Positions 37,328-49,000 of a DNA stretch of 64,000 nucleotides are shown here, one piece after another (the stretch's first letter is position 1; every line of letters begins with the position of its first letter). The notes below the pieces were generated by a model, which made no database searches, was not told the origin of the DNA, and worked only from the letters and a program-made list of their open reading frames with translations. Source of the stretch: Ylistrum balloti (taxonomy: Eukaryota); assembly GCF_031769215.1 (NCBI RefSeq), contig NW_026782173.1, forward strand, positions 1,736,001-1,800,000, in the 5' to 3' direction. A program made the translations under genes and the position numbers.

Positions 37328-40094
37328 ATGGCAGCAGAGGCTGCTTTAGTGGCGAATCGTCTTCGAGAAGCACAAGAAAGCAATGTTATTGGTATACATT
37401 CCTTCATGTTTATGTTATAAGAAAGTAAAGTGGTATTTACTCTCAGTTTGATTTAAGACTGCATCTGTACCTACAGCACATGTCTTCTGTCTCTAATGTT
37501 ACTTCGGTTTAGTAGTAGTATTTGGGGACCGTCAGTTCTGATTATTAATCCCAAGGCAGTGATTAAATGGATAAGATATTTATGTACATTTCATTTAGAT
37601 AAAAAGAATTATGATTAGATAGGTAGGGTACAGTGACAAGTGATTTGAAGGTGTCAACAGCGAAACAAAAGATTACTGACGTGAGTTCTGTTGTGTGATA
37701 GTTTTTGGATAGAAGGCGTGTTTATAGCAGTCTGTAGATGATTTTATGTGTCTGAAAGTGTATGGGTTGTCGTGGCTTGAATTAGTGCCGATGTCGACAG
37801 GCAGGAGATTTTCAAGATGAAGTGCAGCAAGGCCATGTACTATTTTGAAGATTATAAGTCTGTTTTGCAAGAGGCACCTGTGAAGCAGAGATTCAGTCAT
37901 ATTGGTGACAGAGCTTTTATTGTGTTAATTGTTACACACGTATCTAGTGGCTCTGCAATGCACTTTCTCTATCTGGTTTATTTGGGATGTATTTTGACGA
38001 TCTCGAACTTTTGTGCTACATGTATATTCTAGCTTAGAACATACTAGAGTTTATCAGAATGGTCTTTCACATGTGAAGAGTTTATATTTAAATTTCATCA
38101 AAGGATGCAGAGTGATTGATTTGTTTAGATGTAATGGAGTTGATGTGCAGGTCCCATTTCAGAATAGGCTGTGCAGTGATCCCCAGATTTTTTGTAGATT
38201 TTTTTGTCTCTAGGACATGGCGATGTAAAGTGTCATTTGGAGGTGAAGATGATCATTTATTTGTGACTTCCAGTATGGAGCAATTGTCAGGATGAAGGGA
38301 CATAAGCCAATCTTATTCCCAGACAGCTGCAGTGTCACGGTCCAACTGAAATTTGTGAACGTCATCATTGGACTTGATGTCCCTGTATATAATAGTGTCA
38401 TCAGCAAAGAGAAAGATAATGCAATGTTTAATGTATTCAGAAAAATGGCTTAAGTCTAGTGTTTCAGTGGATGGCATCCTCAATACACCAAGGGTTACGA
38501 TCGCTTTCGCTCTCTGTACCCCTGGAACCATTTTCCATACACCAGGGGTTACAATCACAGGCTGATACACTCCTTTTGAAGATTACAGAGGAGGAACACC
38601 CAACTTCAAAGCCATAACAATATATGCTATGCGACCTGAAATTTGTTTGATGTACATCATAGGATCAACCCAGTCTTTTGGTGTTGTCCACAAGGTGTCG
38701 TACAGGAAACCTTCAATATTGCCATGAAATGTTCCAGGGGAACAGAGAGCGAAAGTGATTGTAACCCCTGGAATATTGAGGATGGTGGGACAGTGTATGC
38801 AGTTGTTCTGGAGAAAAAGAAGGATGTTTTTTGATAATATATGATACATTCTGTAAATATAATCAGAAATATGTGTAGATTTTTTTTTCTGTTGTAGATT
38901 TGACAAACTGTGGATTGATGAAAGTTCCAGATGCAATTTATATATTCCTGAAGCACACACCTGTGTTATCCTGTTCATTTTCAAAGAATCAATTAAAGCG
39001 AATTCCACCGCGGTTTCCAGTGACATTCAAAACAGTCCAAGGTGATTCCTATTAATGATAATAATAGAAAAGTGATGAAATGTCAGTAAACCTGAAATTC
39101 ACATGTTTTAAAAGCAGACAGTAGAGATGTTAGGGAGATTTATAAGAAGTTTTTGTTGGTGATATAGATTTTTGCAGATAGTACAGAGATACACATGTCC
39201 CTCAGTGTAATTTCAGATGAACTATATATGTAAGCAACTGCATCATTAAATGATTCATCACATCAATGCAGCTTTTGCATCTTTGAATACAATAAAGCTC
39301 TTGACCTCTTTTGTTTGAATTTGTGGAAATTGTTTTGCTCTCCATAATTTCAGTTGAGGATGGGAAAACTTATTGCGAAGCTCTTTTGTATTGATTTAAT
39401 GGTGTTCAAAAGACACTTTGAATAGTAAAAGCTTTAGAGCCTTTTTTCTTGAACACAGGAGGTATCCAATTCAAAATGTGTATTGAAATATGCTAATCAT
39501 TTGGTTGTCTATATACAAGTTTTACAGAAAGGTAATCTCTTTCAGGTATTACCGCTATCATTTTCCTTGGTATGTGAAAGCACAATATAAGACTCTGAAA
39601 GCACAAAAGACTATGATTTGACATACATGTGTACATAAATCTTGATTGCTTTTTCGCAGAGCTGAATATGAGTGATAACAAACTGTCAGAGCTGCCAGAA
39701 GAAATGAGTGAACTGATCGACCTAAAAACAATGGACATTTCCAGGAATCAGTTCACCTCATTACCAGATTTTGTGTATCAGTATTCAAACTTACTACAAC
39801 TGAAACTCCACTCCAATCAGATTTCAGGTATAGGATCAATTTACACGTAGTGTAAATAGGATGTACACAATTTCAATTGTATTTTGAACAAAACACTACA
39901 AAGCTTTCTAAAATTACTTCATTCATGAAATTGACATTTTTGTTGCAGATATTGACACTGAAAAACTGGTGCAAATGTCTTCCCTCCAAGAAGTCGATTT
40001 TCGAGGTAATCCACTGTCAGCAGAAGTGGTGTGTCGTCTGCAGGAGTCGAACATCACAGTACAATTGGACAAGCTAGGGGAGGGAGATTCCTGA
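37328..40094 (+). CDS. LRRC20: LRRC20-like leucine-rich repeat protein, paralogue a, 173 aa, 4 exons
   Basis: Exons 37328-37391, 38898-39041, 39660-39827, 39949-40094 (522 nt). AALVANRLREAQES..DLTNCGLMKVPDAIY..NQLK..ELNMSDNKLSELPEEM..DISRNQF..EKLVQMSSLQEVDFRGNPL is collinear with LRRC20 as recalled. Confidence 0.88.
37673..38460 (-). mobile_element. 5'-truncated, decayed LINE (CR1/L2-type) reverse transcriptase remnant in LRRC20a intron 1
   Basis: LFADDTIIYRDIKSNDDVHKFQLD (RT YADD-type motif) and RLIIFKIVHGL...FRHIKSSTDCYKHAFYPKTI (typical CR1/L2 ORF2 C-terminus); frameshifts and stops between them. Confidence 0.8.
38475..38784. mobile_element. ~310-bp MITE-like element with ~58-bp imperfect terminal inverted repeats
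   Basis: 38475-38534 (CATCCTCAATACACCAAGGGTTACGATCGCTTTCGCTCTCTGTACCCCTGGAACC) is inverted at 38727-38784. No clear TSD. Confidence 0.7.
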
Positions 40095-40779
40095 CATTGG
40101 TCGACAGTAGCTTGTAACAACATATAAGTTTGTGACATAAAATAAGTTTGGTCATTTTATATTAGCTGTATGTATAACATAATTATTTGGAACAAAGGTA
40201 GTATTGATTGTGTGATCCCAAGATTTTTTATGAAACCATCACCGATATTAACAAAACCCAATTATAAGCTGTCTACAACCTGCTAATGATTGAAAATATT
40301 TCAGCTAAATCAAATACTAGTAGTCTATTTGTCATCATCAGAGCACCAAATCTTACAACTAAATATAACAATTCTTCAGAAAATATGAATTAGTGTTGTC
40401 AAGAAAATGTCGCTGACCACAAAAATTTCTGACAAGATTTATATATACTTTTGTTGTATTTTATATGTTATTTACGTAAAATTTATATCACTGATAACTT
40501 CATTATTCATTAATTATACATACACTTTTCTTTGCTCTTTAATAAATTATTTAAGGAGGTATAATTGTTTTCATGATTTATCTAAGTTATAAATGTTGAA
40601 GCAACGAATAATTGGTATACACATCATTCATTAGAATTAATGATACATGTCAGGTATACATTGTGAACATATTTATTTCTTGTACCAAGTGAAAAAAAAT
40701 AACAAGTAAAATAAACAAATTATCATCAATTGCTTTCGTCAGTTATTTTTTTGTTTGGTGTGCACTTGTAATATTTCCT

Positions 40780-42167
40780 GGACAGATCGTTCACCGTGAT
40801 ACTGACGTATCAAAACTACCATTTGAGTGTACACCAGTGATGTTCCCCGGACAGACCACCGTGATACTGACGTATCAAAACTACCATTTGAGTGTACACC
40901 AGTGATGTTCCCCGGACAGACCACCGTGATACTGATGTATCAAAACTACCATTTGAGTGTACACCAGTGATGTTCCCCGGACAGATCACTCACCGTGATA
41001 CTGACGTATCAAAACTACCATATGAGTGTACACCAGTGATGTTCCCCGGACAGATCACTCACCGTGATACTGATGTATCAAAACTACCATTTGAGTGTAC
41101 ACCAGTGATGTTCCCCGGACAGATCACTCACCGTGATACTGATGTATCAAAACTACCATTTGAGTGTACACCAGTGATGTTCCCCGGACAGATCACTCAC
41201 CGTGATACTGACGTATCAAAACTACCATTTGAGTGTACACCAGTGATGTTCCCCGGACAGTTCACCGTGATACTGATGTATCAAAACTACCATTTGAGTG
41301 TACACCAGTGATGTTCCCCGGACAGATCACTCACCGTGATACTGACGTATCAAAACTACCATTTGAGTGTACACCAGTGATGTTCCCCGGACAGTTCACC
41401 GTGATACTGATGTATCAAAACTACCATTTGAGTGTACACCAGTGATGTTCCCCGGACAGTTCACCGTGATACTGATGTATCAAAACTACCATTTGAGTGT
41501 ACACCAGTGATGTTCCCCGGACAGTTCACCGTGATACTGATGTATCAAAACTACCATTTGAGTGTACACCAGTGATGTTCCCCGGACAGATCACTCACCG
41601 TGATACTGATGTATCAAAACTACCATTTGAGTGTACACCAGTGATGTTCCCCGGACAGATCACTCACCGTGATACTGATGTATCAAAACTACCATTTGAG
41701 TGTACACCAGTGATGTTCCCCGGACAGATCACTCACCGTGATACTGACGTATCAAAACTACCATATGAGTGTACACCAGTGATGTTCCCCGGACAGTTCA
41801 CCGTGATACCGATGTAACAAAACTACCATTTGAGTGTACACCAGTGATGTTCCCCGGAAAGATCACTCGCCGTGATACTGATGTATCAAAACTACCATTT
41901 GAGTGTACACCATCAATGTTCCCCGGACAGTTCACCGTGATACTGACGTATCAAAACTACCATTTGAGTGTACACCAGCAATGTTCCACGGACAGTTCAC
42001 CGTGATACCGATGTAACAAAACTACCATTTGAGTGTACACCAGTGATGTTCCCCGGAGAGATCACTCGCCGTGATACTGATGTATCAAAACTACCATTTG
42101 AGTGTACACCAGCAATGTTCCCCGGACAGTTCACCGTGATACTGACGTATCAAAACTACCATTTGCA
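40780..42167. repeat. 64-69-bp minisatellite (~21 copies) between the LRRC20 paralogues
   Basis: Unit GTGTACACCAGTGATGTTCCCCGGACAGATCACTCACCGTGATACTGATGTATCAAAACTACCATTTGA, with 4-5-bp deletion variants. Confidence 0.96.
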
Positions 42168-43024
42168 TTCACTGTTTTATTATTATACAATTGTACTTGG
42201 AAAGAATGTTCCGTAGAATGATGCATTATAAAACGAGTCTCATTAGTTTTTCTTTGACAAGTCATGTCCTTGGGACGGATTTCATAAAGTCTCGTTTAAT
42301 TTACAACAGTTACATTATGACTTACACGTTTTAAAGTAAAAATGTGGAAGACAAAATCTAAAGGAGGCAGCCATTCTGTTGCGTCGTTTTCAACTCGTGA
42401 CGTTATGTCGTTGTCCATGTTATAAACATCATTATCTTTTTCTGACTTATGTAACACAGGAAAAGCACTCTAGGGCACATTACTCAAGTAACATACGCAA
42501 AAATATTACATGTGTGCATCCACCAGATTATGTGATTGAAAGGAGCTGGCTGGCCGTCATGATATAAGACGCGTGGTGTGATGTTTGCCTGTAAAGCTCG
42601 GCCAGTTATAACGACCGTAAATTCCACAACAAGACAGTTTCTTGCTTACACATTCCCTACGCATGTTGCTATCATTTACCGACACTAATTTGATTTTAAC
42701 TTAAGAAAAAACTGCTAATGTTATCCGTCAAGTAGAAATGCCCATTTGACGGTGAGCCGTCACCGCTGCCGAGTCAATAATGATGATGCTGTTATGGTCA
42801 TGTGATTTTTTTATCGTACTGTACATCACATCTCTTTCTGGTTAGATGAGCAAAAACATGGCCGGGAATAGATCGTTGTGATCAAGCATTTCAGAACATC
42901 TTTTCTGAAATCACTTAAGAGTATTTATTGCTACATACCAAAAGTCCACGCGAATGGGTCCGTACGGCATCATGGTAACCACAGTAACGGACTAAAATTA
43001 TGAGCTATTAATAGACAAGACGTT

Positions 43025-46000
43025 ATGGCGACGGAGGTAGAGAGGAAGGCAGCAGCAGAAGTTGCCGAAGTTGCTAGACGTCTACAAGAAGCAAAGGAAA
43101 GTTGTATTCTAGGTAAGATTTACATCTGTAATACACGCCATTTTAACAGCCAGTATTCTCTAGAATATGATTTATTTGTACATAATGCAATTGTGTATTA
43201 CAAAACCTTTGATAAGTTATAAGTGTAGATATATATATAGAAACAGATAAGATACACGTGCTGTGCATACACCGACAACCAGCACACACGTACTTATCTG
43301 TTGTAGTCGACTGACTGATGTTAATGCGTTAGTCTAAGTGTATAAGCACAGTATTAAACAAGTACTTAAATGTGACAAGTAGAAATCATAATAGGTAATT
43401 ATCTTTATGAGAATTGACAAATGTAACTATATCAAACCCTTGTAAGAGATTTCTGTGTAACCGGACACTACTCGAAAGTAGTATTTTTTATGCTATAATA
43501 CATTACCAATATATACTCTGATCAGCACGGAGAGTGTTCCAGTGTTGGCTACCACACCTGCCAAAACCCCTCAATTCTTTTAAAATGCTCTCGATATATA
43601 CAAACACATGCCTCTTATCTTAAGGCACACGAATGCTAAATGCATGTGTTGTTCAGTTATGGAAAATTACTAATATTACGTTAATGGATATTAAAGTGAC
43701 ATTTTCGGTAACCTCACATATATAAGATAACTATTCTTCTATATACTACATGTATGTATCAGATTATATAGACATAGCAAGATGTGTTTATGAAACAGTA
43801 CTGTGCCTCGGTTACAACAAAAATCTGAAATTGGACATTAAAATTGTATTGTGTAAGGCATGTGCTAATTGCATGCACGTTTTGTGAAACACTTATGTCC
43901 TCATTGTGGTAATGGTTGCTTGTTCCATTTTGGTACCATCAGAAAGGTCTTGTCAAAGGAAACACACATACCTAATATGAAAGCCCTACCTCCTTAAATA
44001 CGATAGTTATGGCCAAAGTCAAAATTTGTCAAATGTAGGTTAAAGGTCACGGTCAAGGTCACATGGTGAACAATTTGGGTACCAGCGGAAAGGTCTTTTA
44101 CAAGGAGTACACATGCCAATTATGAAAGCCTTACCTCTTACAGTGCAAAAGTTATGGGCAAGATTAAAGTTTACAACACACAAAGAGAGAGCACAAAAAC
44201 AATATGCCCCGACCCTTCGACCCGTGGGCATTAAAAGCATTATTAATAGACAAATAAATGTGTTTATTATAGATAAATCAACAAACTGATAAATTCGTGA
44301 GAAATGTTATCACTCCCCAAACCTAATACCATTGTAGACCTCTCTGACTGTGGTCCGTAGTGGATGTTCCTGACGTAAATATCTGCCATTGTAGACTGAC
44401 TGTGGTCTGTAGTGGATGTTTCTGATGTAGCTATCTACCATTGTAGACCTCTCTGACTGTGGTCTGTAGTGGATGTTCCTGGCATAGCTATCTACCATTG
44501 TAGACTAACTGTGGTCTGTAGTGGATCTTCCTGACATAGCTATCTACCATTGTAGACCTATATGACTGTGGTCTGTAGTGGATGTTTCTGACATAGCTAT
44601 CTACCATTGTAGACCTCTCTGACTGGTCTGTAGCGGATGTTTCTTATATACCTATCTACCATTGTAGACCTCTCTGACTGTGGTCTGTAGCGGATGTTTC
44701 TGATGTAGCTATCTACCATTGTAGACCTCTCTGACTGTGGTCTGTAGTGGATGTTCCTGACATAGCTGTCTACCATTGTAGAACTCTCTGACTGTGGTCT
44801 ATAGCGGATGTTTCTGATGTAGCTATCTGCCATTGTAGACCTCTCTGACTGTGGTCTGGTTCTGTAGCGGATGTTCCTGACGTAGCTATCTACCACTGTA
44901 GACCTCTCTGACTGTGGTCTGGTTCTGTAGCGGATGTTCCTGACGTAGCTATCTGCCATTGTAGACCTCTCTGACTGTGGTCTGGTCTGTAGCGGATGTT
45001 CCTGACATAGCTATCTACCATTGTAGACCTCTCTGACTGGTCTGTCGCGGATGTTTCTTATATAGCTATCTACCATTGTAGACCTCTCTGACTGTGGTCT
45101 GTAGTGGATGTTCCTGACATAGCTGTCTACCATTGTAGAACTCTCTGACTGTGGTCTGTAGCGGATGTTTCTGATGTAGCTATCTACCATTGTAGACCTC
45201 TCTGACTGGTCTGTAGTGGATGTTCCTGACGTAGCTATCTACCATTGTAGACCTGTCTGACTGTGGTCTGTAGCGGATGTTTCTGATGTAGCTATCTACC
45301 ATTGTAGACCTCTCTGACTGTGGTCTGTAGTGGATGTTCCTGACATAGCTGTCTACCATTGTAGACCTCTCTGACTGTGGTCTGTAGTGGATGTTTCTGA
45401 CATAGCTATCTACCATTGTAGACCTCTCTGACTGTGGTCTGTAGCGGATGTTCCTGACGTAGCTATCTACCATTGTAGACCTCTCTGACTGTGGTCTGTA
45501 GTGGATGTTTCTTATATAGCTATCTACCATTGTAGACCTCTCTGACTGGTATGTAGCGGATGTTCCTGACATAGCTATCTACCATTGTAGACCTCTCTGA
45601 CTGTGGTCTGTAGCGGATGTTTCTGATGTAGCTATCTACCATTGTAGACCTCTCTGACTGGTCTGTAGTGGATGTTCCTGACATAGCTATCTACCATTGT
45701 AGACCTCTCTGACTTTGGTCTGTAGCGGATGTTTCTGATGTAGCTATCTGCCATTGTAGACCTCTCTGACTGTGGTCTGGTCTGTAGCGGATGTTCCTGA
45801 CGTAGCTATCTACCACTGTAGACCTCTCTGACTGTGGTCTGTAGTGTATCTTCCTGACATAGCTATCTACCATTGTAGACCTCTCTGACTGGTATGTAGT
45901 GGATGTATCTGACATATAGCTATCTTCCATTGTAGACCTCTCTGACTGGTCTGTAGTGGATGTTCCTGACATATATCTATCTACCATTGTAGAACTCTGT

Positions 46001-49000
46001 GACTGTGGTCTGTAGCGGATATTTCTGACATAGCTATCTACCATTGCAGACCTCTATAACTGTGGTCTGTAACGGATGTTTCTTATGTAGCTATCTACCA
46101 TTGTAGACCTCTCTGACTGTGGTCTGTAGTGGATGTTTCTGACATAGCTTTCTACCATTGTAGACCTCTCTGACTGATCTGTAGTGGATGTTTCTGATGT
46201 AGCTATCTACCATTGTAGACCTCTCTGACTGGTCTATAGTGGATGTTTCTTATGTAGCTATCTACCATTGTAGACCTCTCTGACTGTGGTCTGTAGTGGA
46301 TGTTTCTGACGTAGCTCTCTACCATTGTAGACCTGTCTGACTGGTCTGTAGTCTATGTTTCTGACGTAGCTATCTACCATTGTAGACCTCTCTGACTGTG
46401 GTCTGTAGCGGATGTTTTCTGACATAGCTATCTACCATTGTAGACCTCTCTGACTGTGGTCTGTAGCGGATGTTCCTGACGTAGCTATCTACCATTGTAG
46501 ACCTCTCTGACTGTGGTCTGTAGTGGATGTTCCTGACGTAGCTATCTACCATTGTAGACCTCTCTGACTGTGGTCTGTAGTGGATGTTCCTGACGTAGCT
46601 ATCTACCATTGTAGACCTCTCTGACTGTGGTCTGTAGTGGATGTTCCTGACGTAGCTATCTACCATTGTAGACCTCTCTGACTGTGGTCTGTAGCGGATG
46701 TTTCTGATGTAGCTATCTACCATTGTAGACCTCTCTGACTGTGGTCTGTAGTGGATGTTTCTGACGTAGCTATCTACCATTGTAGACCTCTCTGACTGGT
46801 CTGTAGCGGATGTAGACCTCTCTGACTGTGGTCTGTAGCGGATGTTTCTGATGTAGCTATCTGCCATTGTAGACCTCTCTGACTGTGGTCTGTAGCGGAT
46901 GTTTCTGATGTAGCTATCTACCATTGTAGACCTCTCTGACTGTGGTCTGTAGCGGATGTTTCTGATGTAGCTATCTACCATTGTAGACCTCTCTGACTGG
47001 TATGTAGCGGATGTTCCAGACATAGCTATCTACCTTTGTAGATCTCTCTGACTGTGGTCTGTAGCGGATGTTTCTGATGTAGCTATCTGCCATTGTAGAC
47101 CTCTCTGACTTGTATGTAGCGGATGTTCCTGACATAGCTATCTACCATTGTAGACCTCTCTGACTGTGGTCTGTAGCGGATGTTTCTGATGTAGCTATCT
47201 ACCATTGTAGACCTCTCTGACTGGTCTGTATTGGATGTTCCTGACATAGCTATCTACCACTGTAGACCTCTCTGACTGTGGTCTGTAGCGGATGTTTCTG
47301 ACATAGCTATCTACCATTGTAGACCTCTCTGACTGTGGTCTGTAGCGGATGTTTCTGATGTAGCTATCTACCATTGTAGACCTCTCTGACTGTGGTCTGT
47401 AGTGGATGTTCCTGACATAGCTATCTACCATTGTAGACTGACTGTGGTCTGTAGTGTATCTTCCTGACATAGCTATCTACCATTGTAGACCTCTCTGACT
47501 GTGGTCTGTAACGGATGTTCCTGACGTAGCTATCTACCATTGTAGACCTCTCTGACTGTGGTCTGTAGTGGATGTTTCTGACATAGCTAGCTACCATTGT
47601 AGACCTCTCTGACTGTGGTCTGTAGCGGATGTTTCTGATGTAGCTATCTGCCATTGTAGACCTCTCTGACTGTGGTCTGTAGTGGATGTTTCTGACGTAG
47701 CTCTCTACCATTGTAGACCTCTCTGGCTGTGGTCTGATGAAGATACCTGATGCCATTTATATGGTTTTGAGAGGAACAACTATAAGGACAAGCAACTTAT
47801 CACGGAATCAGTTACAGAAAGTTCCACCAAAGTTACCGGCCAACTTCAAGCTGCTTCAAGGTATATCTTTATAACATTATATATGTATGGAGCAAGTTAA
47901 CAACTCCATGGTAAACTCACATACTGTTGCGTTAGTGTACAGTGTGTCTGTCAACAGCTTCAAGATATATCCTTATAACATCACACATATATACAACATG
48001 ACAACTGCTCCAATGTATATCCTTATAACATCACACACATATACAGCGTGTCATCTGTTCCAATGTTTATCCTTATAACATCACAAACATATACAGCGTG
48101 TCAGCTGTTCAAAGATATATCCTTATAACATCACACACATATACAGCGTGTCAACTGTTCCAAGATATATCCTTATAACATCACACACACATACAGCGTG
48201 TCAACTGTTCCAAGATATATCCTTATAACATCACACACATATACAGCGTGTCAACTGTTCCAAGATATATCCTTATAACATCACACACATATACAGCGTG
48301 TCAACTGTTCCAATGTATATCCTTATAACATCACACACATATACAGCGTGTCAACTGTTCCAAGATATATCCTTATAAAATCACAAACATATACAGCGTG
48401 TCAACTGTTCCGATGTATATCCTTATAACATCACACACATATACAGCGTGTCACCTGTTCCAATGTATATCCTTATAACATCACACACATATACAGCGTG
48501 TCAACTGTTCCAAGATATATCCTTATAACATCACACACATATACAGCGTGTCAACTGTTGCAATGTATATCCTTATAACATCACACACATATACAGCGTG
48601 TCAAGTGTTCCAAGATATATCCCTATAACATCACACACATATACAGCGTGTCAACTGTTCCAAGATATATTCTTATAACATCACACACATATACAGCGTG
48701 TCAATTGTTCCAATGTATATCCTTATAACATCACACACATATACAGCGTGTCAACTGTTCCAAGATATATTCTTATAACATCACACACATATACAGCGTG
48801 TCAACTGTTCCAAGAAATATCCTTATAACATCACACACATATACAGCGTGTCAACTGTTCCAAGATATATCCTTATAACATCACACACATATACAGCGTG
48901 TCAACTGTTCCAAGATATATCCTTATAACATCACACACATATACAGCGTGTCAACTGTTCCAATGTATATCCTTATAACATCACACACATATACAGCGTG

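Noticed and set aside
40892-42216. HRDTDVSKLPFECTPVMFPGQIT repeat ORFs, superficially protein-like
   Set aside because: 69-bp units are interrupted by 64/65-bp variants that frameshift repeatedly.
44310-47756. Minus-strand MVDSYVRNIHYRPQSERST ORFs
   Set aside because: Antisense reading of the 57-bp acceptor array; many frameshifting variants.
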